A stretch of 64,000 bases of DNA from Eledone cirrhosa (Eukaryota), in assembly GCA_964016885.1 (NCBI GenBank), contig OZ024755.1:10664001-10728000 (forward strand). Direction: 5' to 3'. A program made the position numbers and the translations under genes. Below the pieces are notes generated by a model that saw only the letters and a program-made list of their open reading frames with translations, was not told the origin of the DNA and made no database searches. Below, in pieces: positions 40,283 to 53,940 of the stretch (its first letter is position 1; each line of letters starts with the position of its first letter).

Positions 40283-42459
40283 TTGTTACTACACTCCTGT
40301 TCGGTTGTATTGCGTCTATGTATGCATATCGGTTGATTAGTTTGTTGTCGGTGTGTGTGTGTGGTTGGTTACCTTACCTTACCTTATTTTTATTTTTATT
40401 TTTATTATTTTTGCAGGGACGAAAATCTGCTACTAAAATCGCACAGCAATTTGTCTGATATGGCGTTTTGGGGAAATGTCCATCATGTCGACCCGAAAAT
40501 TTCTATTCTATTTATTTTACTCTGCTGATATAACTAAAGATATATTTGCATATCTTATATGTTGATATATCTAAGTGATTCCGTGTGGAGGAACGAGTCA
40601 CTGTTTGTCTGTATTTGTATGTACGTGTTTGTATGTGTGTGTATATGTGTATATATATCTATAAATAATTCTCATCTGTAACAATATTATCACCATAGAA
40701 ATATTGGATATCTTCACAGCGATATCCTCCCAAGTCTTGCAACAGTAATATCATTACAATTATATTCGCATCTTTAATATAATATCTCCACTAACAATCA
40801 TGAAATCATTTATTGATATCCTTGTTATTTTTCCACTTTATTATATCTTTGGCTACGTTAAAAAGTATATGCTAACTTTAATACAACCTTCCCATTCGTA
40901 GTTTTCTTGTATATTATATTAATGGTGTTTGAAATCGGTCGCCACATTGCTGATAATTATATTTCAAAACTATAAATAATTGAATAGAGTACAGTAACCC
41001 TGGAGACGATAAAATGATATGGCATCCGAGGGAAACGTAACCGCAGACACCTTTTACTGTCTGTGTTGGGTCATTATCTGATTTATTCAACTATTATTTA
41101 GTTATCAGGTATAAATTATATTTATTTGCATTTTAGTGACGGTTTTCAAGCTTCAGACATCATCAATGCTTTGTAAGACACCCAATCTAATGAAATCATT
41201 TTTATGACACCTTCAATATTAAATACCCTCCATCAATGGGCATAAATTATTTAATATGTACAAGAATGGTTTCAAATTTAGGCACAAGGGCAGATGATAT
41301 TGCCCCACTACTTGATCAGGGGCGGTGGGAGGTTTTCTGAATGGGGGGGACGGTCAATTTAGTTGTAGTGTTTTGCTTAACTGTCATGATCAAGTATCAA
41401 CCAAGTTATAAAAAACGTTTGATATACGATAAACATAACATGTACATAAATTGTAGCGCATATACAAATAGATGTTTGTTTTGGTAATTTGGGGAGAAAA
41501 ATACAATTGTTGGGAAGGGGTGCATGACTCCCGTAACCCCCACAGTTCCACCGCCCCTGTTGATTGATACATTGTTTTATCGGCCGCAGCAGGGACGAAA
41601 ATCACATTCGACTTCGGTGTGGGATTTGAAACCAGAAAAATCTGCTACTAAAATCGCACAGCATTTTGTCTAATATAGCGTTTTGGGGAAATGTACAGTC
41701 GATCATATCGACCCGAAAATTTTACTGGTAATTTATTTCATTGATGCTGAAGGGATAAAAGACAAATTTAACCTTGTTGGGTTTTAAGATCCGAACTTAG
41801 GGCTGGAAATAAATACCAAGTATTTTGTTCAACGTCCTAATAATTCTGCTAATCCATCGTTATTTTCTATTGCATTGTAATGTCATCACGACATTGTCTT
41901 TGTTTGGAACCCAGACATCAATGTACCGTTAATTAGATACAAGAATTGCACATTAGGAATACTTTGATACCTTGTGAACTATAGATAAGTCCCTGGTGAG
42001 GTGAAGTCATACTCTATTAGATTGTTTTAAAAGGTTTCATCTCACTTGTAACATTCGTGCCCTTCAGAAGGACAAGGGAGAATATTTCATTACTCAGATT
42101 TCTGATTTGATGTGAACGCTGTTAGATCTAATTTCCTATTTATCTAAGTAATGTATGACGTAAAATGTCCGATGAACTTTAACCGTTCATAAACACACGG
42201 CTGACATGTTTATTTCTAGGGACATCATACTAATAGTTTTTATAACACGGTAGTCTGTTCAGTACATACGGAAATTGTATATACGAGACGTTACTGAGGC
42301 GAATTACTCTTACATCAAAACATTAGCTTAGCTGGTATTTAATAATCTGTTAAACCATAAATATTTATGTCTTATCAACCTCAGTTAAATAGTGTATCAA
42401 GTTTTCCCCATCCAGGTTTGAAATTCAAACTAGATATGTGCACTATATATATATATATA

Positions 42460-42655
42460 TAATAAGAACGAGTAGGACCCCGACGGCTGAGCTCAAGCCG
42501 TCTGGACGGCTAATTCTAGTCCAGAATTAGCCGTCGAAACGGCTTGAGCTCAGCCGTCGGGGTCCTACCCGTTCCTATTACCCACTCTACTACCCTAAGT
42601 ATTGAGTACTTTGGTGCGTTATGGTCCACCTGGTTCCTTACCACATTTCCTTCGT
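42460..42655 (+). mobile_element. Palindromic hammerhead-derived element in (TA)n: 58-bp arms plus 75-nt tail
   Basis: 42460-42517 is the reverse complement of 42523-42580 (4 mismatches). Contains GAAA-CGGCU-UGAGCUC-AGCCG-UC. The tail is nearly identical to 10501-10577. Confidence 0.85.
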
Positions 42656-43298
42656 TATATATATATATATAGTAACCTACTCCATTACGAGTTCAACTAC
42701 TTGTATCAAACAAACAGCCCTAATTTTACTTCCTTTTGCTAATGTACAAGAGGAACGCACGAACGTCACATAATTTAATTTCCTCGGCTTAATAAATATA
42801 TAGCATTCTTGTGTATTTACGAAATCAATATTCAGCTACATATAGACGTATCTAAATGGATTTTTAAATGGTTTTACGACTCAGAATGACTTCTGAATAT
42901 TTTATAAATATATAGATGTTCAAATCCTGTAATCACTGGATATTAAAAGCCCAATGTATGAATGAATAAACTAATTTTAAATATTACAGGTATATATCAA
43001 TCATAAATTTATCCTATCTAATTGAGCGTTTACTTAGACATATTTCTATTAAAGGGTTTTTCATTGCTACTCGTACCATCAAACATACACATAAGTGTTT
43101 TAAATTAGCACAATTGAATTCATAGATATATATTCGATCTACATGATATCTTAATTCAGATTTATGTGTTCTAAATTGAAAGATATTTAATAATCTGTGT
43201 TTAACGTTTCGATGACGACTCGAAAGATTTAGATATTTGTATGTTACAGTAACAATACGTTTTCTCGTCTGTCTTCCTTTTCCTCTCTCTCTGCTCCT

Positions 43299-43335
43299 AT
43301 TCTACGACGAAGGAATAATCTGAAATGTTAAGAAT
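43299..43335 (+). ncRNA. Degenerate hammerhead remnant
   Basis: AUUCU-ACGACGA-AGG AAUAA UCU-GAAA-UGU-UA-AGAAU. Stem I is perfect but the CUGA core is mutated. Confidence 0.35.
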
Positions 43336-43499
43336 ATTTTCCAACTTTATTGAACGCCAACCTAAAATAATATTTCTGTACTGTTCTCTTGTATTGTTTT
43401 CTGTTGACTTTTCTTACCCGCGCGCGCACACATTGCATGTGTGTTTGTGTGTGTACAGAATTTGGTGCTGCCAACACGGGTATCCAAGACCACATACAG

Positions 43500-43857
43500 G
43501 GAGAAGCCGGCATTATATTAATTGGTCTAAATTCACCTCCCAGCATCTAACAAACAAACCTGCTGTCTCTCCCTTCTTCCTCGGTACCTTTCCTTCAATG
43601 GCCTCAGATCTCCTGAGCCTGATGAACTCCGCTCAGATCGTTCCATTTCAACCAAGTCCTCTCCTCTCATCATTCATGTTGTAGTCAACCCTTCCATGCT
43701 TCACACTAACAACTATGTCCAGGTTTTCCTGCCCAGAAAATCGATTCACTGGAACCTCTGCACTTGCCCAAGGTTCCACGCAGTAGGACAGGAATGAAAA
43801 TGTATGGTTGTGAGGCGAACCTTCAACCAGAGTGCCATGTCTGCACCTAATGTCCAA
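43500..43857 (-). pseudogene. Degraded LINE fragment, probably RTE clade
   Basis: Minus translations SFLSYCVEPW (compare LLYG.ETW) and AIEGKVPRKKG (compare .L.GK..GKR.RGR), with stops and frameshifts. Confidence 0.5.
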
Positions 43858-46800
43858 AACGTTATTTGTCGCAAAACATAGAAATATCTATTAAAGTAGC
43901 ATGCATCATATTTCTGACATTACTGGTACACTTATCTATTGCGATGTATGTAGTTCACTGTACGAAACAAATCTTTTCACCATCTCACTAACCCCTACAG
44001 CCATTGCTAGTTATTATCTATAGATACTTCTAATGTAGAGTGGGTGTGTTATTGAATCTTACATATATTTGTCCGCAAATACATAATGAAACCGTCTAAG
44101 CCAGCTGCAATTCTCTATATATTTCAAATATAATGTTAAGGCTTTAAGTCATTCTTTCATATCTTTTCTATATTTATTCGATAAAACTGTAATAATTAGA
44201 CAGTGGTGTTTACATATGTTTGTACATGTTTCCAGAATTTCTTTTTCGAATGAAAATGAACAAATTGTATTTCTCTCTTCTCAGACTTTTATTTGTTAAC
44301 TACATACATGTCTTCTTGTTTGTCCCAATGTCTTCTGCTACCCCGCCTCTCTTTCTTTAAATAATCATTTGTTTGGAGAGATTCAGTGTATGTCTGTTGT
44401 TGGTTTTGTTTGGGGAGGAAGGGAGGGGAGAGAGAGAGATCTTTTATGGACATCATCTGATGGAGGTTCATTTTATTCAGTAAAATAACTCTTCCGTCTT
44501 GAATCAAAATACATTGTATTTCCCTTCCATAAACCATTCCTCTTCTTTTGTTTTCCCCTTTCATTTTCCATCTCATTGATGTCAGCCTTTTTACAGAATG
44601 TAGTTTGGGAAACTGCCAGAAACTGATATTATAAATTATTGAACTTCTGAAAGCAGATGAAGACTAAGTGACAGGAATTCTTAAGAAGTTTTTGCAATTG
44701 CAATTACATGCAAGAATGAATTTGGTAGGAAAATATTAGTCATATATACAGTGGTCGGTGTTTTAAATGGCTTATAGCCATAAAAACCTTGCACAGCAGG
44801 GGTTGAGAGGTCCTTTCAGACAGAGCACAAAGAACTCTTGTGTTGGTGTCACAAAATTGCACCCAGTCTAGCCAGTGAAATGATTTGTGGATACTAAAAG
44901 TATCTAGCCATAGAAAACATGCCAAACATTGGTCGAGAGTATAATTCAGGTTTATGAAGGTCACAATAACCTTGTTCGGGCTACAAGTAAACGCACCCAG
45001 TACTCGCTGTAAATCTTTGGTGATACGAAGTGTATCCAAGCGTAGAAAACATCACAAAGGATAGAGAAGTTTCTTTCGTGGAATCACGTCCACGACCACC
45101 TCCCTTGTGCTGATTTCATCATAAAACGCACCCAGTACTCTCTGTAGATTACAGGTACGTATATATATGATATATGCTGCAGCCTTCGGCCCGTCTGATA
45201 GATCAGTGGCTTCAATTAAGTACTGACTGTATCTGTGGAGGAGACCCGACCGACGTTTTCCTGCTAAGAAAGCAAACCTTAAAGGGAGAGGATGACAAGA
45301 ATAATAATTTCGTTAAAAGAAGTTTCGTAAGAAACAGAACTCCACATAAGACAATATTTATACAAGCAATGTTTGTTTGTCTTGTAGGATTTCTTTGTTT
45401 GTTTGTTTTTAATTTGTTTTGGATATTGGGGCAGTTGATCATTGACGTTCACGTTTTTGTGTTCCATAAAATAAAGTAGTAGACTTGAAGTGAAGTATTA
45501 CTGGAATTGTATGAGCGCCAAATAAACTTTTTTGCGGATATGTACGTATGTATTTCTCCCTCACTCTCCCCCTCTCTCCGTATATGTATGTGTGTGTGTA
45601 TATATATATCTCTCTATATATATATATATATGCATATATATATATATATAATATATATAATATATATCTATAAATATATATGCATATATATATGCATATA
45701 TGTGTACCTATATATGCAAATATAGATATATACATACAAATTAGTATATACATAAGTATCAATGTAAAATCATCTGACATACACAATTAGTATTTTTCTT
45801 TTGTATATGTTTGTTTTAAGTCACTCCATATGTATTAGGCACATTCTCAGACTGACAGTTATAATTTATGCCTATTACGTCGTATGGTTATTACTCATCA
45901 TAGTTCCGTACTCTAACTTCCATGAGAACGTTAAATATATTCATTTTGAAATGAACCTCCGTCAGTTTAGACGATGAGTGTTCCAGCTGCTCGATCGCCC
46001 GTACACCCTTTCAATTAGCGTTCATGTGGAAATGAATTCTCCTCTTTGCTTTTTTGTTAACTTTTTGCAAGTTTAAACCAAACATAGATTTGACCCTTGG
46101 TTCTGTTTAGTACTTTAAAAGATTTGGTGAGTTGACCGTAGGGAATCTATTATTTTAATATTTAGATATCTTCTAATTTTCTGTCTGTTAAATTTCCTAT
46201 TTTTGTTCTTTCTGTGAACACTATTTTTCTAATGTTCTAAATTATTTAGTGTCCGAAAATATTGTGGATAAAATACTCATTTGTTTCATCATTTATATGG
46301 TATAGTATACCTTATAATCTTTACTATATAAACTGTGTAATAAATGTATGGCTCAATGCCGGAGAGTAATTAATATTTTTATAATAGAAAGGTAATCTAT
46401 TGGTAAAGACGATAGAATTCCAAAGTAAATACTGGGTGTTTAGTTAGCACTCATTTTATTGTGAATAGAAGTCCCATTGGGATTACTTTTCTTTCATCGC
46501 TCTACGTTTGAACAATATATAAAGTACCACAATTAAGGTTAATGGACAACACTTCTGTGTAGCACAATCGTGGCCCAGTTCCAATAAAAGAAATTACTTT
46601 TGATAGAAGTAACTGCAATTTTTGCTGGCATTATGCTGCAGTCAATTCTGTCGACGTATGTTACATATCAATGGAACAGCCAGCTCTTGAAATCGCTGTC
46701 CTTGTGTTAGAGCTTCTACACAAACGTGCTCCCTGAACGTAATTCCCAGGGACATTTTTAGTGACCGAATTTGTGTTACATTGTGGTACAATTTTTCCAA

Positions 46801-48653
46801 CTTAGTGTACTGGAGCAAACGTAAAGTGAATTGTGTTGCTCAAGGACACAACTTGCTGCCTAGAATTGAAATTAATCGTAAGCCGAACACCTTAATCACT
46901 AAGCCTTCACATTAACATCAATGATAGTAGCAGAAACATTTGAGTACTAAGTTAACAATAGTTGCAATGCTATATTGATCTCGTTGTGCTGACGTTTAAA
47001 AATCGCTAAGATAGAAATTAATTTTAATCTCTACAATCGAAATATATAAGCGCAAATAACAATTTGCAAATTATTCAATCAAAACGACTCTCACTTAAAT
47101 TGAGACAATTTAAGTGCATGGACAAAATGTCCCGTTGTATTTTAAAGATCACAGGTTGGCTATTGACTATTCTAACATATATAGGCTGTGGGGTTAAGAT
47201 GTTCATTCCGCCCACACGTGGTTTTGGATTCAGTCCCACTGCACGACACCTTGGGCATCTGCTTTAACTATATCCTCCTTTTGACTAATGTCTTGTAATA
47301 TATATTTGCTCGACGAAATCTGGAATCCTGCCGTATATATGCAGTGTAGCGACTGAAATCAGTAAAGAAAATGAAAGAGTTAATATTAGATGTTTGATTT
47401 TGTCTAACTTGATATGTAAATCCCGCTGTGTATCAGCTATTCGTTAATATACTCTAGAATTCTTTAGATGCTTCCATTTAGTGTCTCTGTATTTCAAACG
47501 TCAAGTGGACAGAACATTGTTTTAAATCCCTATAGAAAATACATCTTATTCGTAACTATTTCCATTGTAGAATTCAAATTCAGCTTTGTTAGTTCTAAGT
47601 TCAATTATGATGAAGTGTTTACCTTGCTTCTCTCGGAGTTAGATATAATTGATCCTGGTCCAATGACAGAGCCACTTAAATCGAATTTACTGCCTAAGCT
47701 TGGGTTTGAAGATTGTCAGAATCGTTGGAGCGTGGAACAAAATATAGTTACGACGCATCACGTTCTGTGTTCCAATCCGGTCGAGTTCAAATTTGCCTTT
47801 CATCGATAAAATGAACCAGTCACTTACTGGGGTCGATTTAATATATTCTCCTCACCCACGACTTGCTGGTCTTGTGCATAATTAACAAACCAACATTTCT
47901 GTCGGTTATTTCATATTACTACGACTTACACTAAATATTATAGATACATTTCCGGTATGTCTTACATTTTAACGTGATATTCCTGGTCTCACTTGTTACT
48001 TTGATATTTGTTTCATCTCACATTATATTTAATTTATCACGTATGATAGTACTTATAATGTTTACTACCTTGAACATTTCAGCTAGACAGAACGTAGAAA
48101 CTAGCAATATGAAAACCCTATTATAACATCAAGGCTATCAAGTTTTTTTTTCAACTTTTGAAATATTCTGTACCCATTCTCTGGTATGTCGTACATATTA
48201 ACATCATTCATTTATAGTTAGCAGATGTAGTGTTAAATTAAACTGAGCATAAACATTGGCCACGTGGTTAAAACGTTTGCTTTGCGATCAGGTATTTCCA
48301 GGTTCTGGAACCACTGTACAGTACCTTATGTAACTGTCTATGACTCCCGGGTTGACAAATATAGAAATATTGAGAAAACTCTAAACAGTTGCTTCAAAAC
48401 CAACGTCACTTGTAATATTTGTTCTTCCACCCGCTCGAGTTACAGTAACAATACCTAGTGGATACGTCATTAGAGCTATCAGCCTCTATGGATACTTCAA
48501 TACCACGACATATATTTAGTTAAATAATTTGTCAGAATCCGTAATTTAACACTCCTAGATCACATAAATACTTTGAATGGTTACCAAATTTTTGAGACAC
48601 GTTGCAACAAAAGATTGTCCTACTTTCCAGTGAAAATTAGCATGACATAGTGT

Positions 48654-48852
48654 CAGACCTGTCAACCTCTAAAAACTCAAACGAAGAGCACCATGGAGAA
48701 AAGTGCCCCAAACGGGGGAGAAATGAGACAAAAGGGGGAGATTTTACATAACCAAAGTTATATCCATTTTCACAGGAGAAGACATCTCTCACTCACCCCA
48801 AAGTGAGTGGGTGGGAGATCTCCCCGTCGAACGGGGAGAGATGAGAGGTAGG
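48654..48852. mobile_element. MITE, same family as 7491-7683
   Basis: Starts cagacctgtcaacctctaaaa with colinear internal similarity; flanks tagtgt/taatgt form a 6-bp TSD with 1 mismatch. Confidence 0.75.
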
Positions 48853-49749
48853 TAATGTGTAACAACGGTTACCCTTTAAATTACAGGAACAACTCATTAT
48901 TTCCTGTCGAATGGCCTGGAAGAGTATGAAATAAAATATTTTCTTCAAAGATAAAATCATCCAAATACATCGATGTTAAATATATAGTAATTCTTTCTGA
49001 CATCATCGACTTCAGGATTTTAGATCAGAACATAATTAAAGAGTGACACAACTGAATACCATAATATATATAAGCAGGCACACAACTGTATCTATCAACT
49101 AGAAAAAACAATATTAAAATATTGGAAATATTCCAGGCATAAAGAACACTTTTAGGCTCTCTCATATGGCAGACAGCGCATAGTAAACTTCAATAAAATA
49201 TATTTCATAAACAAATGAATTACCCTCTCAAGGTTTTCAATAATCAGTGTTACTTACAAATATGCATGCACGCACAAACACGCACACAATACGCGCAACA
49301 CACGACATATGCAACGCGCACGTAACAGACTTTCAGGCAATACAGACAATCACGCAAACACACACGCTAACACACTTGCAACATACGCACGTAACACACG
49401 TACGCAAAGAGGAGACAGAGAGGGAAACAGGCGGACAGATGTTTATATATTTTTATACAGCATAGCTATGATGTTTCAGCAAAAGAAACGGATAATTTAC
49501 TGTATGTGTGTACGTATTTGAGTGTGTACGGATTTGAGTATGTGTATCTATTTGTATGTATGCATGTGTATATGAATGCAGGAGACGTAGTAGCTGGGGT
49601 GTTGAGGTCACACTGCTAAAGTCATCAAAAATATTCCAAGGCGAGGAATTGCATCATTGTGCTACCAAATTTCATGTTTCTCCTTCCTACTAAGCTAAAG
49701 AGGAGATATGGGTGTCATTCAATGTCTAGTTTTGATACATACCGTACAT

Positions 49750-49897
49750 CCTGTTACGCTGGATCTCCCTGAGAAATACGTGAATGGCACACGTGTCTGT
49801 GGAATAGTCAGCCAATTGCATTTTAATTTCATGAGCTGGTGTTTCATTGTTCGAATAAACGAAACAGTGGTCGTCTGAACCGAAGGAGGTCCCACAA
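49750..49897 (+). mobile_element. SINE family B 3' part
   Basis: atctccctgagaaatac.t..atgg.acacgt.tctg.ggaa...gacggaggtcccacaa shared with 57345-57480. Confidence 0.65.
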
Positions 49898-50298
49898 GCA
49901 AGCAAAGGGGGGAGGGAGGGGTGGAGGGAAATTATATATACATACATATATACATATATACAGGTTGTGCCAAAACTGTATACACACATCAACAGCATTC
50001 TAATAAATATATTGCCTGTACAAGTAATCAAAGTGTGTGCACATTTTTGTGGGGTAGTATGTATGTATGTATGTATCTCTCTGCACTTGTCGTCACATGG
50101 TACCATGGGCCCAGCACTGTGTCAATAATTGTCACAGGTGTAGTGTTTGTACCAGAGTTTTCAAGTCGCTGGCTGGACTAAAAAGTCACACTCGCTCAGT
50201 GCATCGGTAGGGGTTCTCCTACATGGATATAAAGTAGTGGCCGTACTTGAAAACGAGTTGGCAGCCACCATGTATGTATGTGTGTGTATATATATATA

Positions 50299-50611
50299 AT
50301 TGGTGTTGGATGCTTAAAGCGTCCGTAAGCGGTAGGCCGTTTGACCACTCGATGCTCTTACAGAGCAGAGTATATCACATAAGAAACGGAGAATCAGTGG
50401 TGCGACGAATAAAATTTATTAGACATATTACAATCGTCTTTGGCGACCAGCTCGAGGCACGATCGATGTAATGATCGAACCTGACTCTGAAATCGCAAGG
50501 TCCTCAGGAACGTCTCGATTCTACGTAGAGTTCTGGTCGCCAGAGAAACGATTGTAATATGTCTAATAAATGATATTCGCCGCAACACTGAGTCTCCGTT
50601 TCCCGTGTGAT
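50299..50611 (-). mobile_element. Penelope-like inverted pseudo-LTR element with degenerate hammerhead and tail
   Basis: Arms 50374-50450 and 50533-50611 are inverted. The spacer has minus-strand CUGAGGA and stem I-like pairing. The minus tail starts tactctgctctgtaagagcatcgagtg and ends at (TA)n. Homologous to 6267-6520. Confidence 0.7.
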
Positions 50612-51737
50612 TGTGTGTGTGTATGTGTGTGGGACGGACGGAAGATTGTAGGAAGTAAAGTTGTAGTAGTGAAATACAAGACTATAGAAATTTAAATGTA
50701 GATTTAGTTTCATTAACTATATACATATATATATATATATGTTGATAATGTTTTACGATATTTTTTTTATTTTTGTATTTTTTAATTTTTTAAAAATTGT
50801 TTTATCATTTTTTTTCCTTTATCCACTCTTTATTGGTTATACAGAAACTATAAATATTTGGAATAAATGGTAAAGTCTGTATACACACGTGCCTGAAATT
50901 CACAAAAAAGGCAAATTCCTTATATTTTTAGCAACTTATTCATTCTTCTAAATAGTCGTAAATCAATGTGAAACTCATTAGCATACCATTTATATCGTAT
51001 TAATTACAAGTAGTTAAGGTCGTGGATTGGCAGAATCGGTAGGGTCGGACAACATGCTTAGCGGCGTAGTTACAGGTAACCCGAGGTTACGCATATGTCC
51101 ACACAGTGGGCATGAACTCGAAACCTTATAGTTGCTAAGCAATTTCCTTAACCATGCAGCTTTTCCTACCCTCAATGGGAGAGATATTTCATTAAGAAGT
51201 GTCAGCTGTTGTCAAGTAATTTGTTTCTATGTATGTGTATATGTTTATATCTATGTTGGTTTTAGACCAAAACTTTCATCCAGCTTTAAATCGACTCATG
51301 GGTAGAAAAGGGTGAAGGATTTCAAACCTTGGTTAGTTACAAATAAACAAAATTATGGGAAAAGTTATCAACTAAAACTGAAGATAAATAAAGCTTAAGT
51401 AAAGATATGAAGGATCGACGGAATAATGTAAAGAGATAACTAGAGGAATGGAGAAATATGAGATAGTTGTGTGTAAATATATATATATATATATATATAT
51501 ATAGTGTGGGGTGGGGGATATTTACTTTTTTAAATATGGATATGGATGGTGAGAAAAAAAAACGGAGGGAATTGAGACGAAGAGAAGAGAATGAATGAAA
51601 GCATGATGAGGGAGAAGACATGAGTGAAATAACGAAAATAGGAAGATAATAACTTAGGGGGATAAGTAGAAATGTCAAGAAGACTGAAAAGGGAAGAACA
51701 CCATAGAAGATAACTGATGTGCTGCCATAGTAATGGA

Positions 51738-51890
51738 TCTCCGTCGGTTTTGGCGACGGGTACCCCAGTTGTTCGATCAACGTAAAATCCTGCTAGTAAA
51801 ATTAACTTGCAACTGATTGTATATTCCACAGACGTGTCGCCTTCAAGTATCTCTCGGGGAGATTCAGTAAGGCACAGTGTGTGACAAAAT
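51738..51890 (-). mobile_element. SINE family B 3' part
   Basis: Reverse complement of the family B 3' block (ctccgtcggtt..., tattccacagac..gtg..., ctc.gggagattca). Confidence 0.6.
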
Positions 51891-52978
51891 GGATATTTTG
51901 ACTTATCATTGATCCTTTTTTTTTATTGTTCTTCATGCAGCTTTGTACCTTATAAAATACTACATGCGCTTTAATGGGAAATGATAGTTAAAAATCGTAA
52001 ATCACTCGCAAAATGTTTTAAATTGTCCTTACAAATGCTTCTCTGACTCAGTAAGTGTGTGTGTATGTGTATCCGACGGGCTTCCACAGTTTCTATCTAT
52101 TCGCGTGACATTGTTTAACCCTAAGCTTTTGTAGAAGGCACTCCTCCAACCAGCGACGCACTGGGACTTAACCCGAAACCAGGTGGTGCTTAATCAAACT
52201 CCTAAGTCACACAACCAGCCTACGCCTATCACCATATACACATATTAGTATACAAGAAAATAAATTTGTTTGTATGTATGTTTTACGTGCGTATGTGTAA
52301 TCGTAAGCTTTTAACTCTTCTGTAATGGCAAAATAGCGAAAATAATTGCAATTAGAGTTTGTTTCCCTCAACATGATAAAATATACATCCAATAGGATGC
52401 AGAAGAATGTTATTTCCATGATGGAATAAATGTTCAACGGAGCTAACAATTTCCAAGAAAATTCACTTCAGGTTTTTAAAATCTAGTTGATCTTTAAATT
52501 ACTTTCTTTGGCTGTTTTATCTAGAACTGCTCATTCTAAATGATTTACAAGCCTCCGTTGCGGTATCTCTGTTATCAAATGACATATCTGAGGTAGAGTC
52601 GACGTCTGCTTACGCTATAATGGGCGCACAGTTTTTCTAGCTCTGCTTCGCATTCTTCCTAATAAAATAATTTCAAGATATAGTTTGGTATGTTTCCGAA
52701 GCTAGTTTTGATACTTCTTGATCTGACCACACTACGAAAATTACTAAGACAGCATTTCCTACTACAGTGCACACCCACTCACTCCCAAATATATCACAGT
52801 TCATAACGGCATACGATCATCTCCGCCTTTGTTGATCTAAATATCGGTTCTCTGGACCATACAATATTTAGTATTTTCTTTCGATTACATGTACCTTAAA
52901 CTGTGTGTGTGCGTATGTATGCGTGTGTGTGTATATAACACACGCACGCACGCGTGTATGTATATACACGTATGAATG

Positions 52979-53019
<41 letters not shown>

Positions 53020-53677
53020 ATCTTTGGATACAAACTTACATATTGACGCAAACATATATCATCTATTTTAGAATGAGGGGAAAGCCTGCCAATAGCTGAG
53101 TCTACACATGATGATATGCGGTGTACGGTGTTGAAAAATCTAATTAGGCAACTAGCTTGATATATTTGCGTAAATACAGTTAAAGATCATCCGATAGACA
53201 GAGGAGGTCTACACAGTGACGGCGCTACTGTTAAAGCCAACCTGGTAGCACACTATTATTCAGAACTCAATAAAAGTAATAATAATAATGGCTTCTAATT
53301 CAGGCACAAGGTCAAAGTGGACTGTGGCAATATTTTAACTCAGATTGAGAAGGACCGCAACATTTATTTTAAAGACACTGCGGAAAGCGCTTGTTAGTTC
53401 AAACTATATATACATTTTTTTCTCCTTATAACACTTTACAATACTTCGGATAATTTATTTACTTTGTAACAAACAAAAGATTTATTAACTAACTATAGAT
53501 ACATTGATAAACGAGCTATATATTGACAAACTCGAAACTTTGTTATAGAATAGATATTTTGTGAGACACCACTAGAGATTTACCGACAATCTAGAAAGTC
53601 TATGGTACGCGATTAAAGAGTTATTCACAAATTCACTGGGATTTTTATAGCCTCTTTGTCTCTCTGTTACTCTTTTT

Positions 53678-53940
53678 GTCTCTATCTCTCTCGCTCTCTC
53701 TATCTCGCTCTCTCTATCTCGCTCTCTCTATCTCGCTCTCTCTATCTCGCTCTCTCTCTGGCTCTCTCTCTCTGGCTCTCTATATCTCTCTTCTCTCTCT
53801 GTTCTCTCTCGTTCTCTCTTCTCTCTCGTTCTCCTCGTTCTCTCTATCTCACTCTCTCTCGTTCTCTCTATCTCACTCTCTCTCGTTCTCTCTCTCTCGT
53901 TCACTCTATCTCTCTCGTTCTCTCTCTATCTCTCTCTCTT
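53678..53940. repeat. (TC)n-derived compound microsatellite
   Basis: Directly visible. Confidence 0.95.

Noticed and set aside
34880-40458. Long ORFs of 400-990 aa rich in Y/I/C/V/M
   Set aside because: Translations of TA/TG microsatellites, open in several frames on both strands; no protein-like composition.
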